Shown here piece after piece: positions 1 to 12,399 of a stretch of 64,000 nt of DNA; the first letter of the stretch is position 1, and the number at the start of each line of letters is the position of its first letter. The stretch is taken from assembly GCF_006345805.1 (NCBI RefSeq), contig NC_042997.1, positions 96,596,001 through 96,660,000 of the forward strand, given 5' to 3'. The notes beneath the pieces were generated by a model. It saw nothing but the letters and a program-made list of their open reading frames with translations. It ran no database searches and was not told where the DNA came from. The stretch comes from Octopus sinensis. Taxonomy: Eukaryota. A program made the position numbers and the translations under genes.

Positions 1-7
1 TCCCGTG

Positions 8-166
<159 letters not shown>

Positions 167-426
167 GAGTTTCATTTTGCAAATGGGAGAAAATTAGTTA
201 AGTTAAGAGTACTATATAGTGCTGAAATTCTATATTATTACTACTCAGATTTCCATATACCGCTGATCAAAGAGTGGATTTAATTTATACCGGAGACATG
301 GTATTTACATCATATCGTATTTATTGAACTTCCGACAAATAGGAATGTTTGAAACGAAAAGTAATAGAAATATACTATAAAATTGCGACTATATGAACAA
401 AAGATAGCACAATATGGATGCCTGAT

Positions 427-774
<348 letters not shown>

Positions 775-1228
775 GAGTTTCATGACAGTAAGCAGTGTAT
801 GTACCATAATCAGCATGGTATACCCATTTGATAACAGTGAAAGGAAGGAAAGTTAAAAAACACGGCGTTATAACAATTAGATGTCTAAAATTTTCTGGTA
901 CTGAAACAGAGGACTTAACAAAGTGATGATATCGGCAATTGTAAATTGTGCTATTAGGAACAGTGACAAGGAGGCCGAGTGTAAATTTTGAAAACATGAT
1001 CATAGTCTGAAAGGGGCAGTGCAGAAAATATGTTTACTTCCTTCGACAAGAATTATCTGGAAAGTTTTTAATGTATAGTGACAACAAATATAAGGAACAA
1101 AAAACAAAAAAAAAAGTTCTCCACAGTGTGTATATATTGCTTGTTATAGAAACGCGTATATAGTTCAATAGGAATCCTTACTAAGCTAGGGGTAACACCC
1201 ATATATTCAAACAGAGTGCGTACAACAC

Positions 1229-1260
<32 letters not shown>

Positions 1261-2518
1261 GCTGCTGAGTTGTAATAGGATGCACCACCCAAAGGCAGAC
1301 GTAGATCGCCTTTACCTTCCCAGAGCCCAAGGAGGTCGAGGCCTGATCCAATTTGAACTAGCTTACAAAACAACCACAATTGGACTGGCCAAATATCTCG
1401 AAATATCGAATGACTGGATGCTAAAGCTCGTGGAAAATCACGAGAGACGAAAGAAGCTTCATTCTATTATAAAGGAAAGCAAAAAATTTGCAGGATACCC
1501 AAACTGAACAACCCGAGGGAAGTACGGCAACTATTGTTGCAAAGAAGGTGAAAATGATGGCAACGAAAAAAGCGCACGAGCAATTGGCTGATAGGTGGGA
1601 GGAGAAACCTCTGCACGGCAAATATGTGACGCGCAGCAAACAAGCTGATGTTGACCAGAAGCGAACCCATCAGTGGCTACGGAGCTCAGGGCTAAAAGCA
1701 GAGAGCGAAGGTTTCATCCTGGCTGCTCAAGATCAAAGCCTATTAACCCGGGACTAGCAGGCCAATGTGATGAAAAATGGAGCAGACCCAAAATGCCGAT
1801 TCTGCAACGACATGATTGAAACAGTGGACCACCTAATCTCTGGATGTAAAGTCTTAGCACCAGTGGAGTATAAATTAAGACATGACAGAGTTGGCCAATA
1901 TCTACACTGGCTAATAAGTCGGCATTACAATATCAAAACTGCCGACAAGTGGTATAATCACCACCCTGAGGCTGTAACTGAAGGAGAAAATGTAACCATT
2001 CTGTGGGACTTTCCAGTACATACAGACCGAACCATCAAGGCCAATAAACCAGATATTGTTGTGAAAGACCAAAACAATAAAGTTTGCTTATTGATCGACA
2101 TGAGCATCCCCTGTGATCATAATATCTCAGCGAAAGAAAATATAAAGACCTACTCATTGAAATTGAGAAAATGTGGCATCTCAAGGCGGTTACAATACCA
2201 GTGATCGTAGGAGCACTAGGAATGATCAAGAAGGTAACCGAAAATTATATGAGAATGATCCCTGGCTTACCATCCCTGCAAGGAGTGCAAAAGATTGTCT
2301 TAACTGGTACATCACACGTATTGAGAAGAGCATTGTCGATGTGAGAACTGTTGCTGCTCATGTATTTTAATTTAACTTAAAAAAAATTTTTTTTTTAAAT
2401 GAACGAACAATTGAGTTTGGTTTAATGGCCTACCAATGTATACTATGAGTTTCTTTGCCCTAGGAGTCGGGAAGACACTCGGCAAGAAATGGAAGCAAAT
2501 TTGAAAGAAGAAAAAAAA

Positions 2519-2519
<1 letters not shown>
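1261..2519 (+). mobile_element. 5'-truncated R4/Dong-type RLE non-LTR retrotransposon, disrupted
   Basis: HPKADVDRLYLPRAQGGRGL thumb motif, CCHC finger CRFC..ETVDHLISGC, RHD and KPDIVV..IDMSIP nuclease motifs across frameshifted ORFs; flanked by (TAA)n at 1229-1260 and 2520-2588. Confidence 0.92.
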
Positions 2520-2589
<70 letters not shown>

Positions 2590-2591
<2 letters not shown>

Positions 2592-4975
2592 TGAGCTAAG
2601 GCAACCGGACCATTCGAGCGGTTCCAAGCAGTGCTGTTTTCTGCAAGAGCTCCACTTTTGTCAAAGAGAAAGGATTTGAGAAAGTCATGGAGGACTTGAA
2701 ACAGCATATCAAGCACTAGCAGGTAAGCTTTTCGGATATCAGAAAATAGATCAGTATCAACACATTAGATTATTTGAGAGAGACTAGCGGTGCTTTTATA
2801 ACCAAATAAATAGTAGAGAAGAAAGTACTGAAAATGAGAAACCGAATGCAGAAGCTAGAAATGTTATATTTGGGGTAAGCCAGACAATCATAATGGAGAT
2901 GCCAAATGGTTAAAGAGAATGAGGGAAGAAGTGAGAAACAACCAGATGTATGACTAACCAAAACTAGATTTAGTTCAAGAGTACTGAAAAGAAATTTAGC
3001 TGCTTACATGGCAGGATGAGGAAACAATGTTAGGATTGCCTTCATGGAGGAATAATACCATTTTGGGGGACTAGAGGGAAAACAGTACTCATGAAAGACA
3101 AAAGCAAGGGTAATACAACCAATATTTATAGACCAATCACTTGCTTACCATTAGTGTGGAAGTTGTTAAAAGGTATGCTTCCAGAAAGCATTTACAAGCA
3201 TCTTGACAACCAGAATTTGCTGCCAGATGAAAAGAAAGGTTGCAGGAAGAAGGCTAGAGGAACGCATGATCTATTATACATAAACAAAATAGTTCTAAAT
3301 TAAGTAAAAGCTAGAAAAAAAATCTAACAATAACATGAATAAATTATGAGAAAGCTTATGACATGATTGACCACCCATGGATAAGTGAATGTTTGAATAT
3401 ATTCAGTATTGCAGACAACATAAGAGAATTAATTAGCTGTAGTATGACAGAATAGAAAGTAGATGTCGACTTAGGTGATACAGCCTTAGGAAAAGTCAAT
3501 ATCAAGAGAGGAATTCTTAAAGGAGACTCGTTATCTGCGTTAATAGCTGTCTTATGTTTATACACCTAAGTTTAGTATAAACAAAGGCAAAGGCAGGGTA
3601 TCAGTTTAGAAATAGTTAAGGAACAATTAACCATTTGCCCTACACGACTGATCTGAAGCTTTTTAGTAAACAGATTCCTAATTACAAACTGTAAACCTCT
3701 TCGGCAAAGATATAGGCATGGATTTTGGCATAGATATGGGTGTAATAATAGTCACGAAAAAGGGACAGGTAGTCAACAGTGAAGGCATCCATTTACCAGA
3801 TGGACAGACATTACAATCCTTGAAAGAAGGAGAGATTTATAAGAATCTAGGAGTGTTAGCATCTGACAGAGAACAAATTATTGAAATAAAAAAGAAAATT
3901 GAGAAGAGTGAGGAAGCTAATGAAGACAATGCTAAATTGTCCGAATCTAGTAAATGCTGTAAATACTTGAGCAGTGTCGTTACTTAGATACCCAGCAGCT
4001 TTTGTAGATTGGAGAATACTTGAATTAACAAAGCACGACTGAAGAACTAGGAAACAATTTAATATGAATCTAGGACACCACACAAAAGCAGGAATAACAA
4101 GATTTTACTTGCCTGGAAAGGAAGGTGGTAGGGGCTTAATATCAGTAGAAGACTGCATGGAATTAGTTAGAGTAGATATAGCGCCCCATGGATGAAATAG
4201 TGAAGAAAGTTTATAAAGAGCTGCTAGAGTCACAGCAGGACGTAGGGAAACCATAAAACCAAATAAAGTTTAAAAAACAGGAAAAAGGAAAAGAGTTATC
4301 TGACTGACTTTGCATGGTAGATTCCCGAAGACAGTAGCAGGAGGGCTGAAATGGGAGACAGAAGGTTTGTTAGTAGCAGCACAAAGTCAAGCATGAAGAC
4401 CTGATTGAATAAAGTCAAGATAGAAAATAATAATTAGATTCCCAGTGTAGTTTATACAAATCAAAAGAGGAAATTGTCGCTCATATAGTAGGTGAATGTA
4501 GCATGCCGGCATAAAGAATACAAGAAAAGACATGACAACTCAGGGAAAGTAATCCACTGGTACTTATGTAGAAAGTTAGGATTTGACCATACTGATAAAC
4601 GGTATAAATAGAAACCTAGTAAACTACTAGAAAGTAAGAAATAAGAAATGCTGTGGGACCTTAACATTCAGACGAACAGTGTAATAGAAGCTAGATGACC
4701 GGATTTAGTAGTTATCGACAAAGAGAATAGAAAGTGCCAAATAATTCACTTTACAGTTCCAAATGATGAGAAAGTCAGCATAAAATGTATGGAGAAAATA
4801 GCTAAGTACCAAGCCATTGAGTCACTGCGTTATAGGTGCATTAGATGCTATCCGTAAATATTTGAAGAGAGAGATGAACAGAGGAAATTGGCATAAAAGC
4901 CAGTTTGGTACACCTCCAGAAAACGGTGTTATTAGTGACAGCTATAACACTTAGGAGAGTTCTTGGCTTCTAAGA
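2590..4975 (+). mobile_element. Older, decayed R4/Dong-type element (RT to RLE)
   Basis: YRPITCLPLVWKLL, KGCRKKARGTHDLL, GILKGDSLS, LYLPGKEGGRGL, RHD and LWD..PDLVVID motifs with many stops and frameshifts. Confidence 0.88.
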
Positions 4976-4999
4976 TTACTTAGAAGATTCAACAAGTTC

Positions 5000-5640
5000 G
5001 AAGGTTGGTTCTGGTGAACCAACTAGTATCTCTCGACGAGACAGCATGTTCTCTACAAATTTGTTATAATTCTGGATACGAAACCATCTACGACAAAGTT
5101 CGTTTCCTTAAAGTCTGTGCGAGATGGGTATCAGGACATTCTATCAAATCACATACGCACTACTGTGTGAATACCTGTCAACGCCCCATGTCCGTTACAA
5201 TGATGAAGACGAAATTTTATAGAAGAGAATAGTCACAGCAGATGAGTACTGGATCCACGACGTTGAGTCAGAATCCAAAAGGGAGAGTATGGAATGGAAA
5301 AACCTGGATTCGCCAGTTGAAAAGTAGTTCAAAACTCAACCTTACGCAAAAAAGAATTATGCTAACCGTTTTGGGGCGCACAGAGGAGTCTATACTGGGA
5401 AATTCCCTAATACATTTCTCTACAGTCATCAGTGTAAGCTACAGAAAAATGCTGACCAACAAACTGAAACTAGCAATTCGGACCAAACACCAACCTCTAT
5501 TGTCATATGCAATTGTTGTTGTATACGACCTTAAGGTCTCCGACACCATTGGAAACGTGGGTTTCGAGCTGCTGGAAATATTTGCATACTCTCCAGATTT
5601 CGCCTTTTCCAACAATCACCTCTTTGGACAACTCAAACTT
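5000..5640 (+). mobile_element. mariner (DD34D-type) transposase remnant
   Basis: KVCARWV, IVTADEYWIH..ESKRESMEW, YSPDFAFSNNHLFGQLK, decayed forms of WVPH / TGDETW / YSPDLAPSD. Confidence 0.88.
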
Positions 5641-6220
5641 CCCATTTATTATCACTCACCATCCCAGGAACCACAATATTCTACAAACAGCCAATTCTAC
5701 ACCAGTCCCCATGTCTCCCACAAATAATGAAGAAACAACAAATAATCAACAGCCGAAGGCAACCACCAAATCTTAAGAAACTTCTAACGAAAGCAAGATT
5801 TGCATTAGAGGAAGAAATAATGCAAGTTACCAAATGTGGAGACTCCCGATGGGAGACATGTGATTTGATAGGACAGGGACCAGCCAAAGAATTCAAGATT
5901 GGAAAATAATTGAAGGTGAATGCAGATATGAACAGTAAAAGCAAATACCTGATGTATTGTATCACATGCCCACAGTGCAGCGAACATTATATTGAGGAAA
6001 CAAAAACGAAACTAACCAACCAAGTAATTGTGCACAGACATCAAATAAAACATCCCACACTTAGATGCATACAATGTAGTGATTATTTGGACACCTATGC
6101 ACAAGGAAAATTTACAAGTTTCCCTCTTCATAAGATAAATGAAGAGAACTACCTTCTCCCGAAGGCAAAAGAGGGATATTTTATAAGATTTCTGAGTCTG
6201 AAACTAAACCGAAAATAGTC
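5640..6220 (+). mobile_element. Penelope-like element C-terminus (linker + GIY-YIG), Neptune-like
   Basis: PFIITHHP, RRQPPNLKKLL, C-x4-[C]-x2-C linker, LMYCITCPQCSEHYIEET..HRHQI. Confidence 0.85.
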
Positions 6221-7184
6221 AACGACAATTTTACTCAAAACAACTTTCACTATATGTAATAACACATGCTTGATAACGTTAAGAACTGAAAGCGCTTGTA
6301 CTTATATAAAAGCAAAAGCCACACACATTTTTGTGAAATCTCCTCCCAAAGATTAGAGCTTTTCGACTTTCTCAATAGGTTTTTTCTCGGTCTTAAGTGT
6401 TTGAGAAAAAATCTCTCCAAATATTATAACTGTATCAGGGAATTTCCAAAATACTCCAAATATATATATATATGAGTGTGTGTGTATCTTTATTAACTAC
6501 AATATCTATAATAAAATTCTTAAAAATAATTATAATTATTTTAAGCATTTAGTTGTTCGTCCACTTATTCTTCAGTTTCGCCTCAACCAATTAATTTAGC
6601 CAAGTCTTTGTATTCAGAAAAATCTCTTCTTTACTTCACTGACCACCTTAATTAAATTCATTAACATATGCTTTGATATTTCTCTTTGAATACTTATTTA
6701 ATTTTGTTCCTCTCTATTTCTTTTATATCTGCCGCATCTTTTGATTTTTGCATTTTTGTTCATACAACTTCTTTTCTTTTTCACACTTTCTGTCATTTAT
6801 ATTGGAAAATAAGACATCAATAAAATGTAATAATTTATTTCTAACCATTTCTTCCAAGATTTATTGAAATATAATGAACATAATTTTCCTTTATTCAATA
6901 AGTGTAGTTTGAGTTATTTCCATGCAATAGACATGTTATGTCATTTAATTAATAACGGATAATTAAGATTCTTTGTAATTAGCACATTTTATTTATGTTA
7001 ATACAGTAGAAGATCGGTTTTCGAATAACTTGTTTCTTTATTGCTCACACGGAGCCAAGACAGGGGGATAATACAGCCTGTCCGGTACATCGCTCCTCCC
7101 GAAAAGCTGGGCGAACTACTCCTGGAAAGTCTTACACATCTCCTCGGGTTCGTTCATCAACTAACATTGTAGGTTCTCCCTAGA

Positions 7185-7185
<1 letters not shown>

Positions 7186-7243
<58 letters not shown>

Positions 7244-7249
7244 ATTTAC

Positions 7250-7283
<34 letters not shown>

Positions 7284-7505
7284 GTAAATATATATATATG
7301 TATATATTCATATATATGCTTATATATATATAAGTATTTATATGTGTGCGTATATATGTATGATATGTGTGTGTGTCTGTGTGTGTATATATACACATAT
7401 ACATATATACACACATATAATACATATATATATAAGCATATATATAAATATATATATATACATATATATGTATGTATGTATGTAGATATATATATATACA
7501 TATAT
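7186..7505. repeat. (TA)n/(TATG)n/(TG)n microsatellite
   Basis: Seen directly. Confidence 0.95.
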
Positions 7506-7866
7506 CATCTCATCTAGGTCGTCGCATAGGACACCACAAGACTGTTTCCACAAGTTTTCCCCATTCATCTCGATTTTCCTTAAAGGTCCTGAGCTCCTGT
7601 ACCTCCTTCATACCAGTATCCTCCAGCAAGTTGTCGATATAGGTTGTCTTCCTCCTTCCTCTGTTGGTTCTTCCCTCTGTTGGTTGCAGACCACTAGCTT
7701 GTTGGTAATTTCATCTCTGTATTTGATGCAGTGTCCAGCTAGCCTCATCCTTATATGCTGTATCTTCAATGTTACTTTTGGTAGTCCCTGGCATAAGTCT
7801 GCGTTTGTTGTATGACTCTTCCAGGAGACATTGAGTTCCATTGTAAGCATTCTGGTATAACAACTA
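7506..7866 (-). mobile_element. RTE-clade LINE 3' end
   Basis: CYTRMLTMELNVSWKSHTTNADL..RMRLAGHC; ends against (TA)n. Confidence 0.85.
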
Positions 7867-8359
7867 TTTAATGTGTAGAACGTACGAGGGCAAGGAAGAA
7901 CTGGAATTCAAAGTGCATAGGCAAAGAAGTAGACGGCTTCGAGCAGTAACAGTAACTCACCTACACTATGACAGAATAGGCACAGTAGGTGCTGATCAGA
8001 TTAGAGCAGGAATCAAGGAGGGTAGGATTATACTGTAATGCAGACAAAACAGAGCTGCAAGTATTCAACCACGAAATGCCTGCGTCAGTGAAAGTGAGAG
8101 ACGGTAAGTCACTGAAGGTAGTCGAAATTTCCAAATGCCTTTGTTCGCGGACACAAAATACTGGAAAATACATCGTAGCAAGGAAAGCTCTTGCCTGGAG
8201 CGCATGCCATAAATCGAGAAAGGTATGGAGTGCAAAGTTAACAAGGAAATTGAAAGTGAGGTTGTTTCTGGCAACAGTGGAGTCTATTCTTCTATACGGG
8301 CTTGAAACATGGACGCTCACTAAAGCATTGAAAAAGTAGTTGGACGGTTGTTATACGAG
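7867..8359 (+). mobile_element. RTE-clade LINE RT/thumb segment, inverted relative to the adjacent 3' end
   Basis: GLYCNADKTE, ARKALAWSACHK, RLFLATVESILLYGLETWTL..LDGCYT. Confidence 0.85.
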
Positions 8360-8372
8360 TGTGTATATATAT

Positions 8373-8429
<57 letters not shown>

Positions 8430-8443
8430 GGAGAGAAAGAGAT

Positions 8444-8480
<37 letters not shown>

Positions 8481-8699
8481 CAACATATGAGGGATTAGTT
8501 CGCAGGTGATCTAAACGATTATGTACGCTAAGTAAGTGCTGTAACGGATTACTAGGGCTGAGATCAGTGATGCCGATAATGATAATGACAGTAATAATAA
8601 TAATGGTAACGCTGACGTTGATATTGATACTAGAAACGATAGCAATAATAACAGCAATATCATGATCGATTCAGCTAATACTACCCTAACCACTACCAG

Positions 8700-8990
8700 C
8701 ATTACTTCAGCTCTCTCTCCAATTAACCATCGTAGAACTAATAGCTGAAATTGCCGATCCGGGACAGACTTGTCGGTGCAAGCCCAATACAGAAGATTCA
8801 GCGTAGTATACCAATGCACCGTTCACAACATAGTAAATACCTCCTATAGCTACTACATCGGACTTACCACAAATTTTAAACAAAGATATTATGCGCATTT
8901 AAAATCGTTTAAATATAAAGAGAATAGCAATTCCACATCACTAGCCAGGCACGTACACAATCTAATTAATAGAAAAATGGAAGAAAAAAA
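8700..8990 (+). mobile_element. Penelope-like GIY-YIG endonuclease remnant
   Basis: *NCR linker, VVYQCTV..YYIGLTTNFKQRYYAHLKSF..STSLARHV. Confidence 0.8.
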
Positions 8991-9133
8991 TAAAAAGATG
9001 GAAGATTCGTTTTATTATCCATTATATGTGTATGTGTGTGCGAATATATACACACACATATATATACAGACATATATATACGTCTGAATAAACATTCTTG
9101 TATACATATCTATATCTATATGTGTCTACGTGC

Positions 9134-9175
<42 letters not shown>

Positions 9176-9176
<1 letters not shown>

Positions 9177-9413
9177 CGCCATGTTGGATCGTTAGCCCCT
9201 ACAGGCAATTTTTTCTCTCCTTGTTTCTCTCCTTGTTTCTTTTCTGCGTATCTTTCTGTCGAAGAGCGTAGTCTTGAAACGTAAAAGACTTGTTTTATTT
9301 CTATTCCTGAGTGCCATACTAATACATTGTTTGTTGTACTCCACCTACCTTCATCTCTTGTTTATTTTCGTAAACCTGCCTTCGTCTTTTGTTTATTTTC
9401 GTAAACCTTCCCG

Positions 9414-9415
<2 letters not shown>
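9176..9415 (+). mobile_element. Solo PLE terminal repeat (pseudo-LTR) with degenerate hammerhead-like motif
   Basis: Similar to 29383-29580, the 3' end of the PLE at 27080-29580; flanked by (TA)n. Confidence 0.75.
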
Positions 9416-9460
<45 letters not shown>

Positions 9461-9464
9461 TATA

Positions 9465-10316
9465 CGTGGTCTGATCAATAAGTATCCGGACTGATGCTAC
9501 AGTAACGACGCTAAAGCATGTACACTGAGGATGATTGGGACTGACCTTGAACTCTGCTGTGCATGTGCGCTAAGTTTTAACGTTCTAGGTCACGTCTGTT
9601 GTTTACAGAAGTGTTCGGAATGAGGGTGTGTAGCGTGTGATCGTCGCATTGACCATGGCAGAGGAAGCTGAACAGAGAGTCTGCAAACATTTTGCCAAAA
9701 GCTTGGCGATAGCTGCTCCGATGCCTACGCAAAGTTTTCAAAAATGTTCATCGTTCTCGACACAATCAAGATATTGTTCAACTGACACCCGACTGTCTTT
9801 TTGGTCAGCTAAAAGCAGTTTTGTCCCCAACTTGGCAGACACGCGTCCCATACCCAAATCTTCAGTGATAATGATCTGAACTGAACCTTAACTAATCTGC
9901 ACACCCTCTGATAACTCATGGATGGGATGGTGATTCGACGATTTGCCCTCTCAGCTGCATGCACATTTGTAATGTTTTTCTCAGTTCTGCTTGCTGCTGG
10001 TCTCCTAGAATGTTCGGCAATATCGCTATTTTTCAGCCATGTTGGAAACGTCGGAAACACTCGTAAGCTTGCGTGAGCTTCAAATACTCCTTTCCATAGG
10101 CCACTCGACAGGTGTCGCTATGAAAATGCTTTCTCTCATGGTTAATGCGACGATCATACACTACACAACTTCCTCCCTAGCACTGATATAAACAGCGAAT
10201 GGGAGCTTGAATGTTCACAGCAGAGTTCAAGGTCCATCTTTGCCAAACGGCTTTACTCTGTGTGATTTAGCTTCGTTACTATGGCAACAGTCTGTATACT
10301 TATTGATCAGCCCTCG
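9465..10316. mobile_element. Non-autonomous mariner derivative made of two inverted left arms
   Basis: TIR cgtggtctgatcaataagtatccggactg vs reverse complement cgagggctgatcaataagtatacagactg; N-terminal transposase fragments on both strands. Confidence 0.85.
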
Positions 10317-12399
10317 TGTATGTATATATATATATATATATATACATACATGTGTGTCTGTGTGTCTGTGTTATACGATATAGGCACAATGAGCAGATAT
10401 GAGAGAGTTAAATATTTACGCGGCTGGAAAGGCATGGTAGAACGAGATGTTCAGGTTTTAAAAAGATAGAAATACAGGGTGATGCTCTCGAAGGAAAAGG
10501 CAATTACACACAAACACCGAGAGATAGAGATTGATTGCAGTATGAAACATTAGTTTCATGTTTAACGTCTCAGTATATACTTTATTGGCGAACTTAAGCT
10601 GTAACATGCCTTTCTCTTTCTCTTTCTCTCTTTCTCTCCCTCTGTCTCTCTCTCTCCCCCGAAATATATATATATATATCGATTTGTCTACCTGCTATCA
10701 ATCTGACTCTAACCATCAGCACGAACGCACACATATACATACCCAGTCTCATGTATATCGCTGTGTATGAATAAGCGTACGAATGTTTGCGTATGGCTTT
10801 CTTTCGTATTTTATTATTGTCTCCTTTGTAGTATTGGTTATTTTTGTCAAAATCACAATACCATGTTTAAATAGCGAATGTGCAGAAACAAGCAGAACTG
10901 ATATATATCAACTTCTCTCTCTCTCTCTCTCAAATATACATATATATATATATATAAATACATACATGCATATATATATATATATATATATATTCATATG
11001 TGTGTAATATATATTTATAATATATACACAATACATATATATATGCGCATATATATGTGTGTGTGTTTGTGTGTGTGTAGACAAACATATATTTATGCAG
11101 AATAAAAGAGAGAAAGGAAGAGAGAGATAGACAGATCGTCAAACAGCCAGCCAGCAAGACAGATAGATAGATAGATGGCTACATACATACACACATACAT
11201 GCATACATACGTACATGCGTACATACATACCTATATGATGCCAAATAAATAACAATATATAAGGAGCTGTAGGAATAGGGTAGTGTGAGAAAATTGTAAG
11301 GTAATCAATATACATAGAAGAATATTCTGCGACACAAGATTACAGGAAACACGACACCAACTTGATATATACTCATTTTCATTCGTTACATTCTGATCTC
11401 ATCATTGTAAAATGCTTTTGATTTTGAGGAATGAGGCATAATAAAATACCCAACATATATGAATGCAATATATTACTGTCATATTATAAATTCCGAAACG
11501 GGCATCCCAATAACCCACATTGCATAAACATCTAGCCAGACGCATAAAAATGGTTGGAAACTTCTAAATTTGAGTGTATATCAGATAAAGGAAAATAATT
11601 GTAGTTTAGGCGTTAAGTTCTGAAGTTGTGCAGAAGTTTAGAGAATTGATGTGTTAGAAAAGCCATAAACAACTTTCTGAAAGTGGAAGCTAACAGACTG
11701 AATCAGTGATACTAGTGTTAGAGATGAAACAAAAACATGCGTACACAGACACATATAAATGTAGGTGCATATTTTCCCCTGAATTTGTGTGAATGTGTAT
11801 AGAATAATATATCAATTGAATAAAGTTAAAATATGGGCTGGATTTCGCGTTTTTTATTATAGTATTTTAACATTAAAATTCAATTAGCGCTTTTATACGT
11901 TCGTAGTTATCCTAGATTTCAAGATGTAAAGCTGATGTCAGAAGAAAGGTAAAGGAAAAATGGTTTACTAAAATGTTCAAACCTGTTCTGAACGGAAATA
12001 ACAACAATAATATAACAACCAGTTAATGATGTGGATTAAAACATTATCTTTAGCTTATGAATATAAGCAAATTCCAGAATATCGCTACGCCCAGCAAACC
12101 GTGACGTTTAAGCTGTCAAAACCGTATTCCAAAACTTCAGCTTGTTGGAACGTTCGAAGACCGTTCTTAGTTGTCAAGAACGCAACTGTCAGTTAATTAC
12201 ATTTTGAAATCAGATGATTACTACGAACGTATGAAAAAGCTGATTGAAGCTTAATGTTTAAATACCATAATAAGAAAGTGAAAAACAGACCTTGTTTTAA
12301 TTGATTTAAATATATAATTCTTTAATTCTTTAAATTCTTTAAAATATTTCAGTTTCAAAGCTGTGGTCGTTACTGAGCTACACCATTATTGGTTACCTT

